NCBI RefSeq assembly: GCF_054482595.1
Contig: NZ_CM137008.1
Length of the DNA stretch: 64,000 nucleotides
Reading direction: 5' to 3' (one strand)
Below the pieces are notes generated by a model. The model was not told the DNA's origin. It searched no databases and worked only from the letters and a program-made list of their open reading frames with translations. Below are positions 22,820 to 32,130 of this stretch, in pieces. Position numbers and translations under genes: made by a program. How positions within the stretch are numbered: the stretch's first letter is position 1; the number at the start of each line of letters is the position of its first letter.

Positions 22820-23576
22820 AGCCGAACCGGATGCCGGAATGCTGGCGGAAAAAGAGTGGCAGGCGGCGGCTCAGGGTAATAGCGGACCGGATGTTTCGCT
22901 ACTGCGAAGTTTACTCGGTGCTGATGAACAGGCTGCCGCCGCGCTGCTGTTGGCGCAGAGAAAAAACGGTACGCCGATGTCTTTAACCGCGTTGAGCATG
23001 GGGGATGAACGGGCGTTACACTGGCTGCGCTATCTCATGGCTCTTGGGTTTGAGGAAGCTGTATTGCTGGAGACGGCGGCAGATCTGCGCTTTGCGTCGG
23101 AATTTGTCGCTCGCCATATTGCCGAATGGCAGCGTCAGAATCCGCTGGATCTGATAATTACCGGCTGCCAAAGCAGCGAAGGGCAGAATGGGCAAACGCC
23201 ATTTTTGCTGGCGGAAACGCTGGGCTGGCCCTGCTTCACCCAGGTGGAGCGTTTCACTCTCGACGCGCTGTTTATCACCCTCGAACAGCGTACTGAACAT
23301 GGGCTGCGCTGTTGCCGGGTTCGCTTGCCTGCGGTGATTGCCGTGCGCCAGTGCGGTGAAGTGGCCTTGCCAGTACCGGGAATGCGCCAGCGAATGGCTG
23401 CGGGGAAAGCGGAAATTATCCGTAAAACTGTTGCTGCCGAATTGCCAGCGATGCAGTGTCTGCAACTGGCAAGAGCAGAGCAACGACGCGGAGCGACGCT
23501 GATTGATGGGCAAACGGTAGCAGAAAAAGCGCAAAAGCTATGGCAGGACTATTTACGCCAAAGGATGCAGCCATGA
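22797..23576 (+). CDS. ygcR: Electron-transfer-flavoprotein beta-like (FixA-like) YgcR
   Basis: ATG at 22797 (MNILLAFKAEPDAG); overlaps ygcS 3' end and ygcQ start. Confidence 0.85.
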   Translation: MNILLAFKAEPDAGMLAEKEWQAAAQGNSGPDVSLLRSLLGADEQAAAALLLAQRKNGTPMSLTALSMGDERALHWLRYLMALGFEEAVLLETAADLRFASEFVARHIAEWQRQNPLDLIITGCQSSEGQNGQTPFLLAETLGWPCFTQVERFTLDALFITLEQRTEHGLRCCRVRLPAVIAVRQCGEVALPVPGMRQRMAAGKAEIIRKTVAAELPAMQCLQLARAEQRRGATLIDGQTVAEKAQKLWQDYLRQRMQP

Positions 23577-24433
23577 ATATCGCAATTGTGACAATAAATC
23601 AGGAGAATGCCGCAATAGCAAGCTGGCTGGCGGCGCAGGATTTCAGCGGTTGTACCCTGGCGCACTGGCAGATTGAACCTCAGCCCGTAGTGGCGGAACA
23701 GGTGCTGGATGCGCTGGTGGAACAGTGGCAGCGAACGCCTGCGAACGTTGTTCTCTTTCCGCCGGGAACGTTTGGCGATGAACTGTCGACCCGGCTGGCC
23801 TGGCGTTTACATGGTGCAAGCATCTGCCAGGTGACTTCGTTAGAGATTCCAACCGTAAGCGTGCGCAAATCCCACTGGGGAAATGCGCTAACGGCGACGC
23901 TGCAAACAGAAAAACGCCCGCTATGCCTTTCCCTGGCGCGTCAGGCGGGAGCAGCGAAAAACGCCACGTTGCCCTCTGGAATGCAACAACTGAACATTGT
24001 CCCGGGTGCGCTTCCGGACTGGCTGGTTAGCATAGAGAACCTGAAAAATGTTACCCGCGACCCATTAGCTGAGGCCAGACGGGTGTTGGTGGTGGGGCAG
24101 GGCGGAGAGGCAGATAACCAGGAAATCGCTATGCTGGCAGAAAAGCTGGGAGCCGAAGTGGGCTACAGTCGGGCGCGAGTGATGAACGGTGGCGTTGATG
24201 CTGAAAAAGTGATTGGTATTTCCGGACATCTGCTGGCACCTGAGGTGTGTATTGTTGTTGGCGCTTCTGGCGCAGCAGCGTTAATGGCGGGCGTACGCAA
24301 TAGCAAGTTTGTGGTGGCGATTAATCATGACGCCAGCGCAGCGGTATTTTCACAGGCAGATGTTGGCGTGGTTGATGACTGGAAAGTGGTGCTGGAGGCA
24401 CTGGTGACAAACATTGACGCAGATTGCCAATAA
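23573..24433 (+). CDS. ygcQ: Electron-transfer-flavoprotein alpha-like (FixB-like) YgcQ
   Basis: ATG at 23573 (MNIAIVTINQENAAIASWL); C-terminal FAD-binding-like region. Confidence 0.85.
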   Translation: MNIAIVTINQENAAIASWLAAQDFSGCTLAHWQIEPQPVVAEQVLDALVEQWQRTPANVVLFPPGTFGDELSTRLAWRLHGASICQVTSLEIPTVSVRKSHWGNALTATLQTEKRPLCLSLARQAGAAKNATLPSGMQQLNIVPGALPDWLVSIENLKNVTRDPLAEARRVLVVGQGGEADNQEIAMLAEKLGAEVGYSRARVMNGGVDAEKVIGISGHLLAPEVCIVVGASGAAALMAGVRNSKFVVAINHDASAAVFSQADVGVVDDWKVVLEALVTNIDADCQ

Positions 24434-24439
24434 CGTGTT

Positions 24440-24545
24440 GCCGGATGATCCTGCCTACGGTTCTGGACTGGGGACCTGTAGGCCTGATAAGACGCGTTAA
24501 GCGTCGCATCAGGCGCTGAATGTCGGATGTGGCGTGCGGCCTACA
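24440..24545. repeat. REP/BIME palindromic units between convergent ygcQ and ygcP
   Basis: ggcctgataagacgcgttaagcgtcgcatcaggc plus gatgtggcgtgcggcctac; classic enterobacterial REP sequence. Confidence 0.8.
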
Positions 24546-24580
24546 AATCAAACCAAATTCAATTGGTTACGATTATCCCG

Positions 24581-25156
24581 TCAAAGCAATTTTTTCGCTA
24601 ACGTCCAGACTCCGGTATTCGTGGTGGAAAGCGCCACGACACCCGCGTTAATCGCATTACGCGCATCTTCTTCATCGCATACCAGCCCGCCAGCAATCAG
24701 CGGTTGGCGGATTTTTTCCGTCACCCAGCCCAGCACTTTGGGCATGCAGCCTGGCAGGATCTCAATACAATCCGGATTCGATTGCGCAACTTGCTTATCA
24801 ATGTTGTGAAACGAAATCGAATCAACAATAAACAGGCGATGAATACAGAAAAAACCTTCCGCTCTTGCCGCTTTCAACATTGAGGCTTTGGTACTGATAA
24901 TGCCGTCCGCCTCGGTCACCAGTTTCAAAAACTGAATCACGACTTCTTTATTTGACGCGCCTTCCAGCAAATCAACATGAATAAAAGCATATTTCCCGGC
25001 GTTCTTAATCTTTTTAACGATATTACTGATGGTGCAGATATTGCCGTACAACACGGAAATAAACTGGCATTCAGAGTCGATTGCCAGTTGTAGGCTGGCA
25101 TTATCTTTAACGGCAGCAATCACCGGATTCTGGCGGAGCAGGTGTAAGAGGGGCAT
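24581..25156 (-). CDS. ygcP: GlpP-family antiterminator-like protein YgcP
   Basis: 191 aa ORF MPLLHLLRQNPVIAAVKDNASLQLAIDSECQFISVLYGNI; GlpP-family assignment recalled from annotation, not derived here. Confidence 0.8.
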   Translation of the reverse strand: MPLLHLLRQNPVIAAVKDNASLQLAIDSECQFISVLYGNICTISNIVKKIKNAGKYAFIHVDLLEGASNKEVVIQFLKLVTEADGIISTKASMLKAARAEGFFCIHRLFIVDSISFHNIDKQVAQSNPDCIEILPGCMPKVLGWVTEKIRQPLIAGGLVCDEEDARNAINAGVVALSTTNTGVWTLAKKLL

Positions 25157-25172
25157 AAATTATCCTTATTAT

Positions 25173-25433
25173 TTATCCAAAACGGTAGGTGATGCCGAAT
25201 CCGGAAGGCGGATAGCGCCACTGTTGTAGTGTTGATTCGTCGCACAGCAAACGGCAGGTGCCACACTCCAGGCAACTGCGATAGTCAATACGTAAGTCAC
25301 CTTCCGGTGTGAGCGAAAAAAGACCTGCCGGACAGGCGTTAATCAACCGTTCTGCCGTCTGGCGCTCAACGGAGTCAGCCGGAACAATATGTGGCGCATC
25401 AGCAGCGCGCCAGAGATTACGGGCTACAGACAT
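25173..25433 (-). CDS. ygcO: Ferredoxin-like protein YgcO (FixX-like)
   Basis: Start MSVARNLWRAAD inside ORF 25173..25469; CxxCxxC motif (CLECGTCRLLC). Confidence 0.85.
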   Translation of the reverse strand: MSVARNLWRAADAPHIVPADSVERQTAERLINACPAGLFSLTPEGDLRIDYRSCLECGTCRLLCDESTLQQWRYPPSGFGITYRFG

Positions 25434-26695
25434 CGCAGACTCCTGATAACGTCGCCCGCCAGATGCCACAGGCCGTGACGACGTAAATGACGCCAGAATA
25501 ACTGGCGCAGCGGTGGAACAGGTTTATCACCCTGATCCCATAAATCGCGGGAAATATCCTGCATTAACGCAGGCCACGCCCAATACCAGCCAGGGCGTTG
25601 CAAAAGCGCCGGAACATGCTGATAACGCTGTAGAACATCCCACAGCAGGCTGCGCTCGACGTTGTGATGATAAAGCGGAAACAGATTTTGCGGCTCGCAG
25701 TGCTGGCAGGCGCTTATCAGCGTTTGTGCCGCCGCCTGTGCGCCAGTCAGCGCCATATCCATGCCGCGCACGGAGATTCCGGTATTGACGCAACTGCGTA
25801 ACGCATCGCCCACCAGCAGCCAGCCGTTACCGGCGTATTGCACTGGCATACTGTGCAAGCCACCTTCTGGCACCAGATGCGCACCATACTCCAGTGATTC
25901 CGTGTTTTTGATAAGCGGGCGCACTGCCGGATACGTTTTAAAGCGAGCCAGCAGCTCGCTTGCCGGAACACGACTTTGCGTAAGGGAAGAGAGCGGGCAA
26001 ACAATCCCTAACGAGAGCGTTTGTTGATTAGTATAAAGAAATGCGCCGCCGGGAAAGTCATCACAGATTCCGCCGCTGAACAGCAACGCTGCGCCTTCGT
26101 TATTCTCCAGATGAAAACGTTCTTCAATAGCGGATGTTTCCAGCGACAGCACTTCTTTGATCCCCAACGCCATCGCTTCGCCAGCAGGACGAGTCACTAA
26201 TCCGTGACGTTCAGCCAGGACGCTGTTGGCACCTTCTGCCAGCACCACATAACGGGCGCGGAGAATATCGTCACCACAAATGACACCACACACTCTGCCG
26301 TTTTCTTCATACAGTGCATCCACCGTCGCTCCGGGGATACATTCGACACCTTCTTTTTCGGCTTCGGCAACCAGCCACGGATCGAACCGTGCACGTAATA
26401 CACTCCAGGATTCACCGCCGGGCTGTAAGCTGGAAAACGTCGTTGCGCCATCCGGCGTTAACAGGGAAAGGCTTTCGTGAGTGATGCGTCGTTCAAGAGG
26501 CGCGGTCAGATGAAACTGAGGGAGGAGTTCCGCGAGTGCATGGGTATATAACCGCCCGCCGGAAAGATTTTTGCTGCCGGGGATTTCAGCGCGTTCCAGT
26601 AACAAAACGGATAAACCCGCTCGCGCGCAGCGTAACGCGCAAGCGGTGCCTGCAATACCGGCACCAATAATAATAATGTCGCAGTCGTCTTCCAT
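25424..26695 (-). CDS. ygcN: FAD-dependent oxidoreductase YgcN (FixC-like)
   Basis: Start MEDDCDIIIIGAGIAGTACA inside ORF 25424..26725; N-terminal FAD dinucleotide-binding motif. Confidence 0.87.
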   Translation of the reverse strand: MEDDCDIIIIGAGIAGTACALRCARAGLSVLLLERAEIPGSKNLSGGRLYTHALAELLPQFHLTAPLERRITHESLSLLTPDGATTFSSLQPGGESWSVLRARFDPWLVAEAEKEGVECIPGATVDALYEENGRVCGVICGDDILRARYVVLAEGANSVLAERHGLVTRPAGEAMALGIKEVLSLETSAIEERFHLENNEGAALLFSGGICDDFPGGAFLYTNQQTLSLGIVCPLSSLTQSRVPASELLARFKTYPAVRPLIKNTESLEYGAHLVPEGGLHSMPVQYAGNGWLLVGDALRSCVNTGISVRGMDMALTGAQAAAQTLISACQHCEPQNLFPLYHHNVERSLLWDVLQRYQHVPALLQRPGWYWAWPALMQDISRDLWDQGDKPVPPLRQLFWRHLRRHGLWHLAGDVIRSLRCL

Positions 26696-26772
26696 GTCAT
26701 GCCCCAGATATCCTGAACACAACACCCTAACATAGCGTTACTTAAGGGAAATTGACCGCCGACACACTCTTA

Positions 26773-27138
26773 TCATTCGCCGCGATAGATACAACCAGCG
26801 GTGCAGGTTTCTTTTACCATCACCGCACTTAACAGCGGCACAACGGGTTTAACCTGATCCCAAATCCATTTTGCTAAAACTTCGCTGGTCGGGTTTTCCA
26901 GACCTGGAATATCATTGAGATAATGGTGATCGAGGCGCTCATAAGTTGGCTTAAACGCCGCTTTCAGTTCAGCGAAATCGATAATCCAGCCCGTATGCGG
27001 ATCGACTTCCCCGGTAATTTCCAGTCGCACCATAAAGGAATGCCCGTGCAGGCGACCACATTTATGCCCTTCCGGGACGTGTGGTAAGCGGTGAGCGGCT
27101 TCGAAGGTGAAATCTTTAAATAACGTGGTGGACATCAT
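26773..27138 (-). CDS. queD: 6-carboxy-5,6,7,8-tetrahydropterin synthase QueD (YgcM)
   Basis: Start [33 protein letters not shown] inside ORF 26773..27222; 121 aa. Confidence 0.9.
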   Translation of the reverse strand: MMSTTLFKDFTFEAAHRLPHVPEGHKCGRLHGHSFMVRLEITGEVDPHTGWIIDFAELKAAFKPTYERLDHHYLNDIPGLENPTSEVLAKWIWDQVKPVVPLLSAVMVKETCTAGCIYRGE

Positions 27139-27222
27139 AATTTCTCTACAGGACGATAAAACCGCCGTAGAGTACCGGAAAGGCTGTTTTTTCGCATTAT
27201 CTAAAACGACTTTGTTGCGCAA

Positions 27223-27453
27223 AATCGCTGATTTATCTTAATGATTGGCTAAATTCATTTGTTTTTCATTAGGTTGGTTAATCTATTTTGTTGTTAAAGA
27301 CTATTGCTAAAACAGGTTAGTCGATTTGGTTATTAGTTATCGCTATCCCGTCTTTAATCCACACCGTTCACCCCGTTAACCTTACCTTCTCTTCTGTTTT
27401 ATGGGCGCTGACAGGGCGCAGAAACAGCTTTGCTTACTGGAACATAACGACGC
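27223..27453 (+). promoter_or_regulatory. cysJIH promoter region (CysB-activated in K-12)
   Basis: 231-bp AT-rich region between divergent queD and cysJ; regulation assigned from knowledge of cysJIH, no site mapped here. Confidence 0.45.
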
Positions 27454-29253
27454 ATGACGACACAGGTCCCACCTTCCGCGTTGCTTCCGTTGAACCCGGA
27501 GCAACTGGCACGCCTTCAGGCGGCCACGACCGATTTAACTCCCACCCAGCTTGCCTGGGTTTCTGGCTATTTCTGGGGCGTGCTCAATCAGCAGCCTGCT
27601 GCGCTTGCAGCGACGCCAGCGCCAGCCGCAGAAATGCCGGGTATAACTATTATCTCTGCTTCGCAAACCGGCAATGCGCGCCGGGTTGCTGAAGCATTAC
27701 GCGATGATTTATTAGCAGAAAAACTGAACGTTAAGCTGGTGAACGCGGGCGACTATAAATTCAAACAAATCGCCAGCGAAAAACTGCTCATCGTAGTGAC
27801 GTCAACGCAAGGGGAAGGGGAACCGCCGGAAGAAGCCGTCGCGCTGCATAAGTTCCTGTTCTCCAAAAAAGCGCCGAAGCTGGAAAATACCGCTTTTGCC
27901 GTGTTTAGCCTCGGCGATAGTTCTTATGAATTTTTCTGCCAGTCCGGGAAAGATTTCGACAGCAAGCTGGCGGAACTGGGCGGTGAACGCCTGCTCGACC
28001 GTGTCGACGCCGACGTTGAATACCAGGCTGCTGCCAGCGAGTGGCGCGCCCGCGTGGTTGATGCGCTTAAATCGCGTGCGCCTGTCGCGGCACCTTCGCA
28101 ATCCGTCGCTACTGGCGCGGTAAATGAAATCCACACCAGCCCGTACAGCAAAGACGCGCCGCTGGTGGCTAGCCTCTCTGTTAACCAGAAAATTACCGGG
28201 CGTAACTCTGAAAAAGACGTTCGCCATATCGAAATTGACTTAGGTGACTCGGGCCTGCGCTATCAGCCGGGCGACGCGCTGGGCGTGTGGTATCAGAACG
28301 ATCCGGCACTGGTGAAAGAACTTGTCGAACTGCTGTGGCTGAAAGGCGATGAAACTGTCACCGTTGACGGCAAAACGCTGACCCTGCGCGAAGCGCTACA
28401 GTGGCACTTCGAACTGACGGTTAACACCGCCAATATCGTTGAGAACTATGCCACGCTTACCCGCAGTGAAACGCTGCTGCCGCTGGTGGGCGATAAAGCG
28501 AAGTTGCAGCATTACGCCGCGACCACGCCGATTGTCGATATGGTGCGTTTCTCTCCGGCACAGCTTGATGCTGAAGCGCTGATTAACCTGCTGCGCCCGC
28601 TGACGCCGCGCCTCTATTCCATCGCCTCATCGCAGGCTGAAGTGGAAAGTGAAGTGCACGTCACCGTTGGTGTCGTTCGTTATGACATTGAAGGCCGCGC
28701 CCGTGCGGGTGGTGCCTCCAGCTTCCTCGCGGACCGCGTGGAAGAAGAGGGTGAAGTCCGCGTCTTTATCGAACATAACGATAACTTCCGCCTGCCCGCT
28801 AACCCGGAAACCCCGGTGATTATGATTGGCCCAGGCACCGGTATCGCGCCGTTCCGCGCCTTTATGCAGCAACGTGCTGCCGATGAAGCACCGGGTAAAA
28901 ACTGGCTGTTCTTTGGCAACCCGCATTTTACGGAAGATTTCCTCTACCAGGTGGAGTGGCAGCGCTACGTCAAAGAGGGTGTGCTGACGCGGATCGATCT
29001 CGCCTGGTCGCGCGATCAAAAAGAAAAAGTTTACGTACAAGACAAACTGCGCGAACAGGGCGCGGAGCTGTGGCGCTGGATCAATGACGGTGCCCACATT
29101 TATGTCTGCGGCGACGCTAATCGCATGGCGAAAGACGTTGAGCAGGCACTTCTGGAAGTGATTGCCGAATTTGGTGGCATGGACACCGAAGCGGCGGATG
29201 AATTTTTAAGTGAGCTGCGCGTAGAGCGCCGTTATCAGCGAGATGTCTACTAA
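27454..29253 (+). CDS. cysJ: Sulfite reductase flavoprotein alpha subunit
   Basis: 599 aa [33 protein letters not shown]. Confidence 0.95.
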   Translation: MTTQVPPSALLPLNPEQLARLQAATTDLTPTQLAWVSGYFWGVLNQQPAALAATPAPAAEMPGITIISASQTGNARRVAEALRDDLLAEKLNVKLVNAGDYKFKQIASEKLLIVVTSTQGEGEPPEEAVALHKFLFSKKAPKLENTAFAVFSLGDSSYEFFCQSGKDFDSKLAELGGERLLDRVDADVEYQAAASEWRARVVDALKSRAPVAAPSQSVATGAVNEIHTSPYSKDAPLVASLSVNQKITGRNSEKDVRHIEIDLGDSGLRYQPGDALGVWYQNDPALVKELVELLWLKGDETVTVDGKTLTLREALQWHFELTVNTANIVENYATLTRSETLLPLVGDKAKLQHYAATTPIVDMVRFSPAQLDAEALINLLRPLTPRLYSIASSQAEVESEVHVTVGVVRYDIEGRARAGGASSFLADRVEEEGEVRVFIEHNDNFRLPANPETPVIMIGPGTGIAPFRAFMQQRAADEAPGKNWLFFGNPHFTEDFLYQVEWQRYVKEGVLTRIDLAWSRDQKEKVYVQDKLREQGAELWRWINDGAHIYVCGDANRMAKDVEQALLEVIAEFGGMDTEAADEFLSELRVERRYQRDVY

Positions 29254-30965
29254 TGAGCGAAAAACATCCAGGGCCTTTAGTGGTTGAAGGAAAACTGACA
29301 GACGCCGAGCGCATGAAGCTTGAAAGCAACTACCTGCGCGGCACCATTGCGGAAGATTTAAACGACGGCCTGACCGGCGGCTTTAAGGGCGATAACTTCC
29401 TGCTGATCCGCTTCCACGGCATGTATCAGCAGGATGACCGCGACATCCGCGCCGAACGTGCTGAACAGAAGCTGGAGCCGCGCCACGCGATGCTGCTTCG
29501 CTGTCGTCTGCCGGGGGGAGTGATTACCACTAAACAGTGGCAGGCGATCGACAAATTTGCCGGTGAAAACACCATCTATGGCAGCATTCGCCTGACCAAC
29601 CGCCAGACGTTTCAGTTCCACGGCATTCTGAAAAAGAACGTCAAACCGGTGCACCAGATGCTGCACTCGGTCGGTCTTGATGCGCTGGCGACCGCTAACG
29701 ACATGAACCGTAACGTACTCTGCACCTCGAACCCTTACGAGTCGCAGCTGCACGCAGAAGCGTACGAGTGGGCGAAGAAAATCTCTGAACATCTGCTGCC
29801 TCGTACCCGCGCGTATGCGGAGATCTGGCTCGATCAGGAAAAAGTCGCCACCACTGATGAAGAACCGATCCTCGGCCAGACCTACCTGCCGCGTAAATTC
29901 AAAACCACGGTAGTGATCCCGCCACAGAACGATATCGATCTGCACGCCAACGACATGAACTTCGTGGCGATCGCCGAAAACGGCAAGCTGGTGGGCTTTA
30001 ACCTGTTGGTGGGCGGTGGGCTTTCTATCGAACACGGCAACAAGAAAACCTACGCCCGCACGGCGAGTGAGTTTGGCTATCTGCCGCTAGAGCATACGCT
30101 AGCGGTGGCGGAAGCCGTCGTGACAACTCAGCGTGACTGGGGTAACCGAACCGATCGTAAAAATGCCAAAACCAAATACACGCTGGAGCGAGTGGGAGTT
30201 GAGACGTTTAAAGCGGAAGTGGAGCGTCGCGCGGGGATCAAATTTGAACCGATCCGTCCGTATGAGTTCACCGGACGTGGAGATCGTATTGGCTGGGTTA
30301 AGGGCATTGATGATAACTGGCACCTGACGCTGTTTATCGAAAATGGTCGCATCCTTGATTATCCGGGGCGTCCGCTGAAAACCGGCCTGCTGGAGATCGC
30401 GAAGATCCACAAAGGTGATTTCCGCATTACGGCGAACCAGAATCTGATCATCGCCGGTGTGCCGGAAAGCGAGAAAGCGAAGATCGAGAAGATCGCCAAA
30501 GAGAGCGGGTTAATGAATGCCGTCACGCCGCAGCGTGAAAACTCAATGGCCTGCGTCTCGTTCCCGACTTGCCCGCTGGCGATGGCGGAAGCGGAGCGTT
30601 TCCTGCCGTCTTTTATCGACAACATCGATAATTTAATGGCGAAACATGGTGTCAGCGATGAGCATATCGTGATGCGTGTAACAGGCTGCCCGAACGGTTG
30701 TGGTCGCGCGATGCTGGCGGAAGTGGGCCTGGTGGGTAAAGCGCCGGGTCGCTACAACCTGCATCTTGGCGGCAACCGTATTGGGACACGTATCCCACGG
30801 ATGTATAAAGAAAACATCACCAAGCCGGAAATCCTGGCGTCGCTTGATGAACTGATAGGGCGCTGGGCGAAAGAGCGCGAAGCGGGTGAAGGCTTCGGCG
30901 ACTTTACGGTGCGTGCGGGCATCATTCGCCCGGTGCTCGATCCGGCGCGCGATTTGTGGGATTAA
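29253..30965 (+). CDS. cysI: Sulfite reductase hemoprotein beta subunit
   Basis: 570 aa [33 protein letters not shown]; start overlaps cysJ stop. Confidence 0.95.
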
Positions 30966-30974
30966 CCATCAGCC

Positions 30975-31022
30975 CGGTCTTGTAGGCCTGATAAGACGCG
31001 TGAGCGTCGCATCAGGCAAGGC
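30975..31022. repeat. REP element in cysI-cysH intergenic region
   Basis: tgtaggcctgataagacgcgtgagcgtcgcatcaggc. Confidence 0.8.
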
Positions 31023-31038
31023 AAACAGTGAGGAATCT

Positions 31039-31773
31039 ATGTCCAAACTCGATCTAAACGCCCTGAACGAACTGCCGAAGGTAGATCGCATTCTGGCGCT
31101 GGCGGAAACTAACGCCCAACTGGAAAAACTGGACGCTGAAGGCCGCGTAGCCTGGGCGCTGGATAATCTGCCCGGTGAATATGTGCTTTCTTCCAGCTTC
31201 GGCATTCAGGCGGCGGTGAGCCTGCATCTGGTGAATCAGATTCGCCCGGATATTCCAGTGATCCTCACCGATACCGGTTACTTGTTCCCGGAAACCTACC
31301 GCTTTATCGATGAGTTAACGGACAAACTCAAGCTCAACCTGAAAGTGTACCGTGCTACCGAAAGCGCAGCCTGGCAGGAAGCACGCTACGGAAAACTGTG
31401 GGAACAGGGCGTTGAAGGCATTGAAAAGTACAATGACATCAACAAAGTCGAACCGATGAACCGGGCGCTGAAAGAACTTAACGCGCAAACGTGGTTTGCT
31501 GGCCTGCGCCGTGAACAATCCGGCAGCCGCGCCAATTTACCGGTGCTGGCAATTCAGCGTGGCGTATTTAAAGTGCTGCCGATTATCGACTGGGATAACC
31601 GAACGATATATCAGTATCTGCAAAAGCATGGCCTGAAATATCACCCATTATGGGACGAAGGATATTTATCGGTGGGCGATACCCATACAACCCGTAAATG
31701 GGAACCCGGCATGGCGGAAGAAGAAACGCGTTTCTTTGGCTTAAAAAGGGAATGTGGGTTACACGAAGGGTAA
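31039..31773 (+). CDS. cysH: Phosphoadenosine phosphosulfate reductase
   Basis: Start [21 protein letters not shown] inside ORF 30886..31773; 244 aa. Confidence 0.93.
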
Positions 31774-31790
31774 ATATTGCCGGATAAATT

Positions 31791-31830
31791 AAACGCCTCT
31801 GTCAGAAATGATGGGGGCGTTTTTATTTTG
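31791..31830 (+). terminator. cysJIH rho-independent terminator
   Basis: aacgcc ... ggcgtt hairpin followed by tttttatttt. Confidence 0.7.
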
Positions 31831-32130
31831 CGAGCAGCATTCCTGATTTTAAACGTGAACGCCGCTGGAAGAATTATCAGGTATAGAATGGCGTCGGGTG
31901 CTTGAGGCTGTCTGGCGTTAAGCATTCGCGAGGTTCCAGATGGACAAAAGCCCCAGGCGATATTTCTATCAACCTGAGGCTCGCGTTCGAACGTAGCAAT
32001 TCGGATGTTAGTCTCTTCTTTGCAGGGAGGCAAGACATGTGTATATCACTGTAATTCGATATTTATGAGCAGCATCGAAAAATAGCCCGCTGATATCATC
32101 GATAATACTAAAAAAACAGGGAGGCTATTA

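Noticed and set aside
30886-31038. N-terminal extension of cysH in the ORF track (and similar extensions for rpoS 51820, ygcW 19004, fhlA 61944, queD 27222, ygcS 21410)
   Set aside because: Extensions run through REP elements, terminators or upstream genes and lack ribosome-binding sites; the internal ATGs give the lengths I recall for the known proteins.
31641-32033. 130-aa minus-strand ORF in the cysH-cas3 intergenic region
   Set aside because: Overlaps the cysH 3' end and terminator, has no ribosome-binding site and no recognisable domain. I vaguely recall a small RNA or hok/sok-like remnant annotated near here in K-12 but could not find a Hok-like peptide or support it from sequence.
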